The position numbers were made by a program, and so were the translations under genes. Below the pieces are notes generated by a model that did not search any database, was not told where the DNA came from, and saw only the letters and a program-made list of their open reading frames with translations. Shown here in pieces: positions 39,650 through 52,119 of a stretch of DNA of 64,000 nucleotides; position 1 is the first letter of the stretch; each line of letters starts with the position of its first letter. The DNA comes from Chiloscyllium plagiosum (taxonomy: Eukaryota), in NCBI RefSeq assembly GCF_004010195.1, contig NC_057718.1, positions 102,489,221-102,553,220 of the forward strand. Reading direction: 5' to 3'.

Positions 39650-42600
39650 AAAAAAAACCCATCAATATCCAAAGATGGCATCATTTTTTAAAACCCTCCA
39701 AATAAAAACTGGTTGGTACTCTAAGACACACATATACATGACACTGCCATGGCACCCCCACCACCAAATGCCTCTGTACCTCATTCAAGCCTTGATAACA
39801 CATCGGCAATCATGTTTTCGCAGCCTGCCACATGTGCTATTGTCAAATTGAATGGCTGCAATGACAAGTTCCATCTAAACAGTCTGGCATTTTTGTCCTT
39901 AAATTTCTCCACAAATATCAATGGGTTTGTCTCAGATGCTGGGAATATAAACACTGAAATGTTGTAATGTAACACCAAGCTCAAAGTGTCTTTCTCAACT
40001 GTTGAATATTTCTGTTAATGAATGTTCAACTTCCTGGAAAAATATCCGATGGGTCTTTCTATGCCCTGTTATCCTCCTGCAGAAGCACCGCACCAACACC
40101 CACATCACTGGCAACGATAACCACCTTGAAAGGCTTCGTGTAATCACGTGTGGCTAATACTGGAGCAGTGGTTAACCCAGTTTTTAGGCTGTCAAATCCT
40201 TTTTGACAGTCTTCTATCCACTGAAATTACTTGCCCTGTTCTAACAATTTGGTGAGTAGAACAGCCACACTGCTAAAATTCAACACAAACTTTCAGTAAA
40301 ATCCACTCAACCGCAGTACTACTCTTTTCATTGATGGTGTGGGAAATTCCCCAATTACTTTAGTTTTTGCATCTTGTGGGGTCATTTGTCCATGTCCAAT
40401 AACATGGCCCAGGCAGGTGACTTGGGCTTTGGAAAATTCACTTTTATCTGGGTTAATCACTAAGCCTGCCTTCCAAAGTCGATCGAACAAGTCTGATAAA
40501 TGCTGTAAATGTTCCTTCCATGAGTGACTAAAAATCACCAGGTCATAAATATACACTACACAGTTGGGTAATCCGGCAATGACCTTATTAGTTAATCTCT
40601 GAAATGTGCCAGAACGTTTTCCATACCAAATGGCATGACTTTAAACTGATATAGTCCATTTGACATTACGAAAGCCAAAATTGCCTTTGCTGTTTCTGAC
40701 AAAGGTACCTGCCAGTCGCCTCTGAGCAAGCCCAACTTAGAAATGTAAGTTGCCTGTCCCACCTTTTCAACACAGTCCTCCAACTGTGGAATTGGATATG
40801 CATCAGTCTTTGTAACTGCATTGACTTTTTGATAGTCCACACATAACCGTTGGGTACCACCTGGCTTTGGCACCATGACTATGGGTGAGCTCCAGTCACT
40901 GTAACTCACTTCGATTATGCCATCTTGGAGTATGCATTCTATCTCCTTCTGCCAACTTTAGAGGGTTATGCCTATAAAGATGTTGCTTAATCGGAACAGC
41001 ATCTCCTATGTCTACAGCATGCACAGTTAGGTTAGTACTTCCCAGTTTATTTCTGCATATCTCCCCACGTGATAGTAATAACTCTTTTAGGTCATTTCAA
41101 TTTTCTTGTGGAAGGTAACTCAATAATTTATCCTAATTTTATACAACTTCCTCATTGTCCAATTTGATTTGAGGAATGTCCAATTCAGAATCCTCTGAAC
41201 CTTGTTCTTCCTTGTGGGTTGTAATCATTAACACCTTCTCTTGCTTTCCCTCTCTGTCAAAATACCTTTTGAGCATATTCGCATGACACGCTCTGTGAGA
41301 TTTCTTCCTGTCTGGAGTCCCTATCAAGTAGTTCACCTCACTCAATTTCCTCTCGATTTGATAAGGTCCACGAAACTTTGCTTTTAAAGGTTCACCTAAT
41401 ACTGGAAATAATACCAATATCTTATCCTCAATGGAAAAACTGCACATTTTTAATTTCTTTATCCACTTTTTGTTTCATTGTATGCTGCAATACTTTTAAA
41501 TGCTGTCTAGCCAACTCACCAGCTCTATTTAGTTGTTCTCCAAAATTTGACACATAGTCAAAATGGGTGGTATCTGAATTCTGACTCATCAATTTCTCCT
41601 AAATCAATTTTAACAGCCCTCTTACTTCATGCCCAAAAATTAGTTCAAATGGACTGAATTACGTTGATTCATTTGGTGTATCTCTGCTTGCAAAAAGCAC
41701 ACATGTAACTCCCTTATCCCAATTATCTGGACAGTCCTGACTATAAGTCCTCAATGTGGTCTTTAGTATTTGATGCCATCTTTCTAGCGCTCCTTGCGAT
41801 TCTGGATGGTATGCAGTACATTTGAATTGTCTTATTCCCAAGCTAGTCATAACCTCCTTGAACAGTTTGGATGTGAAGTTTGACCCTTGATCTGACTGCA
41901 TCTCTATTGGTAGTCCGTATCTAGTAAACAATTTGAGTAATTCTTATACAACCCTTTTTGCTGTGATATTGCGCAATGGAACTGCCTCAGGAAATCTAGT
42001 TGATACATCCAACATTGTTAATAAATACTTATTCCCACTTCTTGTTTGAGGTAGGGGACCTGTGCAATCAATCAAAACTCTTGTGAAATGCTGGAATAGA
42101 TTTTAAAGGTGCAGGTTTTATTACTGTCTGTGATCTTCCAATAAGCTGATATATATGACATGTCTAGCAAAATTCAACTACATCCTTTTGTAGTCCATGC
42201 CAGTAAAAATGTCTTTGTATTTTAGCCTGTGTTTTCCTCACTCTTAAATGACCTCCAAGTGGTAGCTCACCCACCATTCGCAATACCTCCTTTTTATACC
42301 CTACTGGCAAAACAATTTGATGAATTTCTGCCCATTTCTTATCTGCTTGAATGTGCGCCGGTCTCCATTTCCTCATTAAGACATCCTTTGTTAAGTAATA
42401 ACAGACAGGGATGCATTCACTCTCCTCTGTATATGCCTTTTGATACAACTTCTTTAAGTTCTCATCTTTCTGCTGTAACTCAATATGCTTAGCAGAGGTA
42501 AAGATACTTGCATGTTTAACTATCTGCTCTGCTCTGTCCCACTTATCTGATCAAAAAGTCTTTGATTAGGCTACTTCAGCTTCCTTATATGTGCCTTTTG

Positions 42601-44422
42601 ATCTCTCCTGCTTCAGCTTGTGACTCTGTCATCTTGTTAAGACACAATCTGGGAAGATTCGTGAATAAACATCCTGCATTGCTTCAGTTGCCTGCGTCTC
42701 CACTGGCTTTTCAACCAGGGGAGGCAGCACACCTACCGGTGTATCAGCTATATCATTTGCAAGGACAAATTGTATTCCTGGAGCTGAGAGTTTGTCCAGT
42801 ACTCCTACCACAAATTCTCCACTCTGTTTTGGACTCTCCAGCCTCACTCTACATAATTGAGTGCTTTTTGTTTCACCATGAATTCCAATAACAAGTACCT
42901 TTTCTGGTAATAGTCCTTCAGGAGTACATATCTCCTCATTCGTCAGCATCACAGACTGAGAGCATCCTGCCCTTTAATATTGTAACCTCATTACCTGTTA
43001 CTCCTGGCCAATGTGAATAAACTTTACCCTTGCATGTATTTTTTTTAAGCAGATCTGGCACTTCCTCCCTAATCAACCTCTGATGCAGGTTTCTAGCTTC
43101 CACTGTGCTTTCAGTTACCATGCCAACAAAACTTCCAGGCTTGTCCTGTTTTCCCACATTTAGCTTTCTCCTAGCCCACCAACACTGTGATTTTATGTGG
43201 CCCACTTTATTACAATGAAAACACTGGAGCTTTTTATCTTCTTTGTCCCCTTCAAGGGTTTCCTTTTTACCCTGTGGTAAGTTATCCTTATGATATTCAC
43301 TGAGATCTACCTTTCCCTTTCCACATGAGGAATTCTCTTTGACCCAATTTCTATCCCTCCTGGACTAAAGTTGAGTCTGGAAGCCAAACTGCGTTTCATG
43401 GACCAGCTCATAATCATCAATCACTTCAGCTGTTAACCTTGCCGTTTTAACGCTTTGCTCTTCTGCATGGGTTCATGCTGTTTCAGGCAGTGATTTTTTG
43501 AATTCCTCCAAAATTATTGTCTAAGGGCGTCATAGGTTTGCTGCATTTTTAAAGCTCGCAACCACCTATTGAAATTACTTTGTTTGATACTTTCAAACTC
43601 AATATAGGTTTGACTAGGGTCCCTCCTTAGATTCCTGAAATGTTGTCTATAGGCTTCTGGTACAAGCTCATATGCACTTAAGATGGCTTTTTTCACATCC
43701 TCACACTCTCCAGATACCTCCTCTGATAGTGATGCGAAGACCTCACTAGCTCTATCTACAAGTTTTGTTTGGGTCAACGAAACCTAGATGGCCACTTTTT
43801 CAAATGAGATGAAAAAGGCTTCCACATCCTTCTCATCAAATTTAGGCAATGCTTGAACATACTTAAATAGTTTCTCACGAGGCTTTTGACTACCAGGGGC
43901 TTGCTCAGCCTCACTCTCTTTCTCACTAAGCCTGCCTTCAGCCTTCATCTCCATCTTTTTATGCTGACTTCCCTTTTTAAGTGTCAATTTCTGAAGTTCA
44001 AATGCTCTCTCCTTTTCTCTCTGTCCTGCTGCTCTCTCTTTTTCCCTCTCTTCTGCTTTTAATTGTAACTCAAACTGTTTCATTTCTGCTGCTCTTTCCT
44101 TATCTCTCGCCTCTAACTCAAGCTGCTTGTATTGCAATTGCAATTATCATCTCTATAGATCCTGATGGTGTTTCCAGCAAATTTAAATGCTAAGCTACTG
44201 CTGAAATCATCACATCTTTCCTCACATTTGGAGGTAGCTTCAACACCAGCTTGTCTACTTGCTCCTGCAGCTTGGTCACCTTCTATAAAACTTCCAAAGT
44301 CACCTCGTTCACCTCCAGAAAACTTTTGGCGACTGAAAGAGGCATTGCTATCCCAAGCTTTGTCTATCCAACCAAACCAACACCCGAAATAAAGACATGA
44401 GCATCTACTACTCGCTGTTCAA

Positions 44423-44440
44423 ATCAAGGACAAGCCCCCA
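44423..44440 (-). promoter_or_regulatory. Primer-binding site, tRNA-Pro
   Basis: TGGGGGCTTGTCCTTGAT, 3 nt after the 5' LTR; 15/18 match to the canonical Pro PBS TGGGGGCTCGTCCGGGAT. Confidence 0.85.
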
Positions 44441-44636
44441 ATCTGTTATGGTCTAGGCCAGATCACTCAAAACATTTTCTTAAGCAGGCAGCCCAGACCG
44501 TAGCTTTGTTATTTGTTTCAGTAAGTGTAGATTAGATTACTAGTGTACAGTGAAAATTACCCGGAGTAAGTTAGCTAGGTTGACTACCAGGTTTTAAAAC
44601 AGACAAAAAATTATTCACAAAATTACAGGATGAAAC

Positions 44637-45341
44637 TGTTATGGAGATGTGGTGTATGTTTAAGAGAGTTAAAAGCAGCAGAACTATCAGACACAGCACC
44701 AAGTGTTCTCAATAAGGCAACAATGTATTTAACACTGAGTTGAACAACTCGAGTAGTTTGTTGCCTGGAGACAAAAACAAATTCAATTGCCAAGTAGTTT
44801 AAATTATACCCTGATAAAAAATACCAATTTCCAATCAAGTTTGAATTGAGAATATTGACAACCTTAAGAGTCAATGACACAATCTGAGGCTATGGGGTAT
44901 TAGACCAGGGGAAAATTGAACAGTTGAAAGGGGAACTGACAAGCCCAGCATGTAACAGACTGCCTAAAAAATAGCTCTCTTAAAAAGGTACCTTTTCGAT
45001 CAGTAACCTGTGATGAAGAAATTCCTAAGAAGAAAAGAAGAACAGGAAGATCCAAATAGAAGAACAAAAGCTGCCTGGTTTTGAGATAAGAAGTGTTGTT
45101 TTGTAAATCTTATCTGGGAGTTTTATTGGACTAGTATCATAGAAGGAAAGGTAAAAAATAGGTTAGAGAAAGAAATTGTGGTTAGTTAACTATTCTCTGA
45201 AGTACTTTAAGAAATAAAGTTGTTAATTTTTACTTTACATAGTTCTTGGCCACTTGAATTTTTATAGATTACTGCGCGGGATAAATCTTTTCTGTGTTGC
45301 TGGTTTAAATTAAGCAGGAGGGTTTACCCCGTGTCGTAATA
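44637..45341. mobile_element. Solo LTR of a different family inserted in the Gmr1 5' LTR
   Basis: TGTTATG...CGTAATA termini, 4-bp TSD AAAC (44633-44636 / 45342-45345); absent from the other LTR; AATAAA at ~45213. Confidence 0.8.
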
Positions 45342-45799
45342 AAACACAAAGAACAGAATAAAGAATACCCACAGAACTCAGTCTATCCAAACTAGACTTA
45401 ATTATGCTGATCTGAAAAATATGTGCAACAGTACCAATAAACAAACCCCTTAAACACGGAGCAAAAGCTTACAGGTTGAAATTAGAAGGGCAGAAGGAGA
45501 GAGAGTCTAGAAGTCTGTTTCCACACAGCCCACTGCTTAACTGACTCAAATAAGACTTCAGCTTCCAGGACTGACCACTTCTTTCGTTAAATAGGTTCCT
45601 TCAAAAAAATGAAAGCTTTGGCCTAAAGTCTCATCTGTTTACGTATAAACAAAAAGGCCTCTCAGTAAACCCTTTCATCTCTGTACAAACCAGTTGTTTT
45701 GGAGCCCAGACTGCTTTATGACCCCTCTGAAAAGAAATCAAGGACACTGTATCCTTGAGAAAAAGAACAGCTTTTAGAAAAAGGATCAGTTTTGTGACA

Positions 45800-47759
45800 G
45801 ACACCTCCTACTACCCCCTTGACCACGACCTCACCTCCCATCGCCAAACCATCACCTCCGAAACCATGCACAACCTCATCACATCTGGGGATTTCCCATT
45901 GACAGCCTCCAACCTCATAGTCCGAGAATCCTACACCACCCGATTCTTCTTCCTATCGAAGATGCACAAACCTGACTGCCCCAATCAACCCACTGTCTCA
46001 GCCTGCTCCTGTCCTATCGAACTTGTCTCTACATACCTTGACACTGCCTTGTCCTCCTTTGTCCAGGAACTCCTCACCTACTTTCGGGATACCACCCACG
46101 CCCTTCACCTCCTCCAAGACTTTTGTTTCCCTAGCTCTCTACACCTTATCTTCACCATGGAAATCCAGTCCCTGTACACATCTATCCGTCATGACGAAGG
46201 CCTCCAAGCCCTCCATTTCTTCCTCTCACACAGTCCCAACTAGTACCCTTCCACTGACAGCCTCATCTGCTGTGCTGAACTGGTCCTCACCCTCAACAAC
46301 TTCTCTTCCCAATTCTCTCACTTCCTCCAAACCAAAGGCATAGCCATGGGCAACCACATGGGCCCCAGCTATGCCTGTCTCTTTGTCGGGTACGTGCAAC
46401 AGTCCATCCTCCGCAGCTACACTAGCACTAACCCCCACCTTTTCCTCCGCTACATCGATGAATTTATCTGCGCTACCTCCTGCTCCCACAAGGAGATTGA
46501 ACATCAACTTTACTAACACCTTTCACCCCAACCTCAAATTCACCTGGTACATCTCGGACACCTCCATCCCCTTCCTGGATCACTCCAACTCCATCTCCGG
46601 TGTCTGACTAATCATGAACATCCACCACAAACTCGCCAACTCCCACAGCTACCTGGATTACACCTCCTTCCACCCTGCCTCCTATAAAAACACCATCCCT
46701 TATTCCCAATTCCTCCGCCTGCACCACGAGTTCCCAGGATGACCAGTTCCACCAGAGAACATCCCAGATGGCCTCCTTCTTCAAAGTTTGCAAATTCCCC
46801 TTCCATGTGGTCGATGATGCCCTCCAACGCATCTCCTCCAATTCCCAAACCTCTGCCCTTGAACTCCACACCTCCCAATGCAACAAGGGCAGAAACCCCC
46901 TCCAGTCCTCACCTTCCACCCCACCAACCTCCATATACATTGCATCATCATCCACCACTTCCACCACCTACAAACAGACCCCACCAATAGGGATATATTT
47001 CCGTCCCCACCCCTATTAGCATTTTGGAAAGACTATTCCCTCCACAACTCCCTTGTCAGATCCACGCATCCCCACCAGCCCACACCCTACTCCTAGCATC
47101 TTCCCCTGCCTCCGCAAGAAGTGCAACACTCCCCCCTCACCTCCATCCAAGGTCACAAAGGATCCTTTCACATCCGACTGAAATTTACCTGGACTTCCAC
47201 AAATGTCAAATACTGTACCTGTTGCACCCGATGTGGTCTCCTCTACACTGGGGAGACAGGATGCCAACTTGCGGATTGTTTCAGAGAACATCTCTGGGAC
47301 GCCTGCACCAACAAACCCCACTGTTCCATGGCTGAACACTTTAGCTTCCCCTTCCACTACACCAAGGACACACAGGTCCTAGGCATCCTCCATTGCCAAA
47401 CCCTAACCACCTGGTGCCTGGAGGATGCCTCATTTTCTGCCTTGGGACCCTGCAACCACATGGGATTAATGTGGATTTCACCAGTTTCCTCATTTACCAC
47501 CCCCCACCCACCCCACACCTTATCCTAGTTCCCAAGCTTACAACTTGGCACTGCTGTCTTGACCTGTCCATTGTCCTTCCCATCTCTCTGCTCCACCATC
47601 CTCTCCGACTTATCACCTTCTCTCCCATCTTCATCTACCCATCGCATTCTCAGCTACCTTCCCCCTAGCCCCACCCACTTCCCATTTCCTGACCTGCTAT
47701 CCTTCTCCAAAACCACACTCTCGACTGTGATCTCCAACAACTGCAGTCCTCACTTTCTC
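45800..47759 (+). mobile_element. Penelope-like element (Neptune-like): RT, Cys-rich linker and GIY-YIG endonuclease pseudogene
   Basis: FFLSKMHKPDCP, IFTMEIQSLYTSI, KGIAMGNHMGPSYACLF, FLRYIDE, PFLD, FPCLRKKC, VKYCTCCTRCGLLYTGETGCQLADCFREHL; ends in the family A terminus. Confidence 0.93.
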
Positions 47760-47899
47760 CTGTTCTGAATTCAGTATTAAAGCAAGAATTTGTCAAAGAA
47801 ACAAAAGTTTTTGATGGAGCTAAGTGATCAATAGCCCCAGTCTCTTTCTCTTCCCAATACTGGTGCCACTGTTAATATTGAAGTGAGAAGGGTCATGAG

Positions 47900-48630
47900 A
47901 GTTTTCCTTGTCTGAAAACCTGAGCATGGAAGCATCATGTGTCACCATTTGTCCGAACTTTAATATACAGCTCAGAACTTTAGTACACAGTTACACCAAG
48001 GCTGATCCAAAGATTAGATCCTCACTTTCAAGAAGTCTATGGCTGCTTCACAGTTGGCTCTAGTTGAAGAAAGGTCTGCATTGAGTCTATGCGCAGTCTT
48101 AATGAGAGGGTTGTAAAATGGTGTGATCAGCTATGGTTGCAAAGGGTAGTCTTCGACTCCCATCTTTGCAATGCATCCAATCCCTTAAATGAAGCTGGAG
48201 CCTGAGAGTTCCTGGGTACCTGGCTCAGACTTCTAAAATGTGGTACCGATGGACAGAGAGGACTTGAATGCTGTGAAATGGAAGGCTAGCCTCTTAATGA
48301 AATCAGCTGCAGTATGATATAGCACTCTCAATGCAACATATTGAGTCTATAGTGCACTTCACCTGGGGGAAGCCAGCTATGCTGGCAAAGCACATTACCG
48401 AGGCTGTGGCACTGACCTCATCATGGGGAAGTGAGATGATGTGGGATGATCTCACACAAATTGCATCAGTAACAGCCTTGATACCTTTGTGGGCTAAGGA
48501 TTGGGAGATCCTATACAGGTCCCCTGAGAATCCTTGGAAGCAGTTACAGAAAACTTTAATGCAGCTGTCACCCAACCACTGGGATAGGATGGCCATCCAC
48601 CCCTTTAGATCATAAGTCCTGCTCCAACAG
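47900..48630 (-). mobile_element. PIF/Harbinger transposase fossil (HARBI1-like DDE)
   Basis: FQGFSGDLYRISQSLAHKGIKAVTDAI, FASIAGFPQVKCTID, ARYPG, DYPLQP*LITPFYNP, STRANCEAAIDFLKVR; probably continues to ~49140 beyond an HE1 insertion. Confidence 0.8.
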
Positions 48631-48632
48631 AT

Positions 48633-48976
48633 CATAGAAGAATCATAGAACCCCTACAGTGAGGAAACAGGCCATTCAGCCCAACAAGTCCACACTGACC
48701 CTCCAAAGAATAAATCACCCAGGCCCATTCCCCCTACCCTACTACTCTACATTTACCCCTGACTAATGCACCTAATCTCTACACATCCCTGAACACTATG
48801 GGCAATTCACCTTACCTGCACATCTTTGGATTGTGGGAGGAAACTGGAGCACCCAGAGGAAACCCACACAGACACAGGGAGAATGTGCAAACTCAACACA
48901 GGCAGTTGCCTGAGGCTGGAATCGAACCCAGGAGCTTTGAGGCAGCAGTGCTAACCACTGAACCAACATGCTACCC
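48633..48976 (-). mobile_element. HE1 (V-SINE) copy
   Basis: Colinear with the other HE1 copies. Confidence 0.9.
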
Positions 48977-49719
48977 AAGATGATGCAGTTCTGTTTGCTG
49001 GTGCATTTGTTCCTCCTAAATTGCCCTGCATCTTTGTTGCACCATGGCCACAGTGACAATACTTCTTGCTGCAGCTGGATCTATTGATCCTGGTTCTAGT
49101 GAACCAATGTGAGGTATATTGGAAACTGAACAGGTCCTTAGTAATGTGATTTGGAGGTGTCGGTGTTGGACTGGGAAGGACAAAGTTAAAAATCACACAT
49201 CAAGATTAATCAGTCCAACAGGTTTATTTGGAAGCACTAGTTTTCGGAACCATCTGATGAAGGAGCAGTGCTCCGAAAGCTACTGCTTCAAAATAAAGCT
49301 GTTGGACTATAGCCTGGTGTTGTGTGATTTTTAACTTAATAATGTGAGCAGTCAGCATTCACATCATTGTTGAACAGTCTTCGATGCAATGGAACATGAA
49401 CGACTCTGATAAGGAGGGCCATAAAAATGCCTGAACATAGATCATTGATATAATAGATGTTATCCAGCTGTATGTAGCACAAGCCATGTAATCTAAATAT
49501 AGTAAGAGATTGTAAGATAGATTGATAAGATTAATGAAACCATGTGTCCCCCAACTCACAACGCCTGCAATTACTTCTGTTTTACAGAGATGAACATAAG
49601 CAGTTAGCAAAGGTCTGGATTGCTTGTGAACAGGATTTGTAACCTGCATATTTACATGGATTTCAGATGCACGATTCTACACTTATAGATGTCTTTTATC
49701 TGTACTGTTTAAGCACCCT

Positions 49720-50130
49720 CAGAGTGATAGACCTTGACATTGAGTCTGCACTCGACAGAGTGTGACATCAAGGAGTGCTGACAAATCAATGGTTATCAGG
49801 GACAAACTCTCCGCTGGTTGGAGCAATACTTGGCACATTGGTAGATAATTGTGATTGTTGGAGGTCAGTCATCTCATCTCCAGGACATCACTACAGGAGT
49901 TTCTCAGGGTAGTGTCCTAGGCTCAACCATTGTCAGATGCTTCAATGAACTTCATCATAAGGTCAGAAGTGGGAATATTTGCCGATGATTGCACGGTGTT
50001 CAGCACCATTCGCAACTCCTCAGATACTAGAACAGTCCATGCTCAAATTCAACAAAATATGGACAATATACAGGCTTGGGCTGACAAGCGGCAAGTAACA
50101 TTCACATGACATAAATACTAGGCAATGACT
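49720..50130 (+). mobile_element. CR1/L2-group LINE RT fragment
   Basis: LDIESALDRV, TLRWLEQYL, GVSQGSVLGST, GIFADDCTVF, DNIQAWADKRQVTF. Confidence 0.85.
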
Positions 50131-50159
50131 CATGAGTGATTTAAAAAGACAATAAAAAT

Positions 50160-50415
50160 GGTCTCCTTTTCAGCTTCTCTTCTGTCCTGCCTTACTATCA
50201 ATAGTCCTCTTATATGCCTATCCCTTTCGTATCTCTATCTGGGCTCTGTCTTCACCTATCCAACCCTCCATACTCTGTAACAACATAAATACCCTTTTCC
50301 TTAGCTGTGATCAGTTCTGATGAAGAGTCACCAGACTCAAAATGTTACCTCTGCTTTCACCCCACAGATGTTGCCAGACCTGCTGAGTTTCTCCAGCAAT
50401 TTCTGTTTATGCTTC
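50160..50415 (+). mobile_element. Penelope-like terminal fragment (family D) with hammerhead motif
   Basis: GTT-CTGATGA-AGAGTC-ACCA-GACTC-AAAA-TGTT at ~50314-50350. Relatives at ~34250-34360 and ~52730-52830 (+), and at ~9535-9650 and ~25705-25790 (-). Confidence 0.65.
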
Positions 50416-50984
50416 AGTCCTTAACAGTATTGCTTGGTTTTAATAAAGATCTTAGTGTTGTAATGTATGTAACAGTTTATGTATTTTGAGTGTAGGCAAG
50501 AAAAAAAATTCAGATGATTTGCCCAAAGAAACAATTAAATTCGAGGAAAATATATTGAAAAAATATTCTCATAAATAACATGCTGTTAACATCTTTATTA
50601 GATATTTTTGCTTGTGATTTATTTGATTTGTAAGTGAATCCAAGACTGCAATATTGCTTTGTCTACTCCCAAAACAAAAGCATTAAGGAATCAGAAACAG
50701 TCATGAAGACAATGAATTCATTTTAAACAAAATTTGGAAAGTTGCAATTACTTTTCAGTCTGATTATGAGTGTCAGTTGCAATTTGCAGGTTTAGTCAGA
50801 AGCCATAATTATTTCAAATAATCAGATCAAGCTGGGGATTACAGGTCAGTGTTCCCAACTCCGAGTGGATACATTCCTGGGGTATCGTGGTATGACTGCA
50901 TAACCTGCCACTTTCAACCACTTCACACAATCAAAAAGCCTTTTGTAGTTTCCAAACCTCCAATACTTTATTATTGAGAAAAAG

Positions 50985-51340
50985 ATTGCTTTTCCACAGC
51001 ACTGTCAGATATCCCAAAGTGATGTTACAGCCAATTAAGTACTTTTTCAAATAAATTCACAGCCATAATGTAGGAAACATCACATTCAATTTGCACACAG
51101 AAAGCTCCCAAAAACACCAACGTGCTAACCTATTTTTGTCATGTAGGATGTAGCACAAATGTGGCCCAGACATTAGAAATAACTCCACTGCTCTTCGAGG
51201 TAGTGCCACAAGATCTTTTACATTCGCCCAAGCAGGCAGATGATGCCTCCATTTAAACATTGGTTTAAACCCGAAAGACAATGTCTCCAACAGTACAGCA
51301 CTTTGAGCTCCACCCCGATTTAGGACTTGAATCCAGATGA
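50985..51340 (-). mobile_element. DeuSINE-like element (SacSINE1/AmnSINE1-related core with L2-like tail)
   Basis: CCGAAAGACAATGTCTCCAACAGTACAGCACT and CTGCTCTTCG..TAGTGCCA..GATCTTTTAC resemble the Deu-domain as recalled; a related tail lies at ~52870-53020 (+). Confidence 0.6.
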
Positions 51341-51629
51341 TTCAGTGACAAAAGAGTGATAAGCCATAGTTGGCACAAACAATAAATACTCAAAGAAAAT
51401 GAAAAATAAACACATACAATTTAATATCCTCAGTCATATATTTTTCTCCAGGGTTTCACACAGACAACAGTGGTATGGAGATTGATCTGTTGATGAAAAC
51501 TCTGGGACAATCATGGAGTGTTGGTAACTTAATTATAGGTAGGTAGGTGGAGGGAAGAGGTGGGTGCAGAGTGAGAAACTGTTAGACTTGCAACATCCAC
51601 AAACATGAGTTCATTGATAACTCTGCAAT

Positions 51630-52065
51630 CATTAGGCATAGATAGGGTGAATAGCCAAGGTTTTTTCCCCAAGTTAGCGGAGTCCAAAACAAGTGGGCAT
51701 AGGCTTAAGGTAGAGATTTAAAACGAACCTATGGGCAAACTTTTTCACGCAGAGGGCTTTGAGTTTATGGAATGAGCTGCTAGAGGAAGCGGTGCAGGCT
51801 GGTACAATTTTATGCCCGAAACGTCGATTCTCCTGTTCCCTGGATGCTGCCTGACCTGCTGCGCTTTTCCAGCAACACATTTCCAGCTCTGATCTCCAGC
51901 ATCTGCAGACCTCACTTTCTCCTCAACAATTTTAAAAGCATCTAGATGGGTATATGAATAGGAAGGATTTAGATGGATATGGGCCAAATGCTGACAAATG
52001 GATTCATTTAGGGTATCTGGCCAGACTGAAGGGTCCATTGCCATGCTGTACTGCTCTACGACTTG
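51630..52065 (+). mobile_element. CR1-type LINE 3' fragment with a family A Penelope arm inserted at ~51817-51925
   Basis: FFTQRALSLWNELLEEAVQAGTI|TILKASR; ACAATTTTA duplicated around the insert. Confidence 0.85.
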
Positions 52066-52119
52066 AAGAAATAGGTTAAGATTATCAGACATGATGGTTA
52101 AAACATGGCACTGTCACAG

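Larger units (their letters stand above)
39031..45799 (-). mobile_element. Gmr1-type Gypsy LTR retrotransposon, near full length and decayed
   Basis: 5' LTR 44444-45799 (interrupted) and 3' LTR ~39031-39638 (truncated), both ending TGTGACA on +. Minus-strand order: gag (LPKFDEKDVEAFFISFEKVA; AYELVPEAYRQHFR; CFHCNKVGHIKSQC), protease, integrase (GGHLRVRKT..FYW; SDQGSNF; YHPESQGALER; GPY), RT (WSSPIVMVPK; RLCVDY; YIYDL), RNase H (YSTVEK; NMIADVLSR). Confidence 0.93.
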
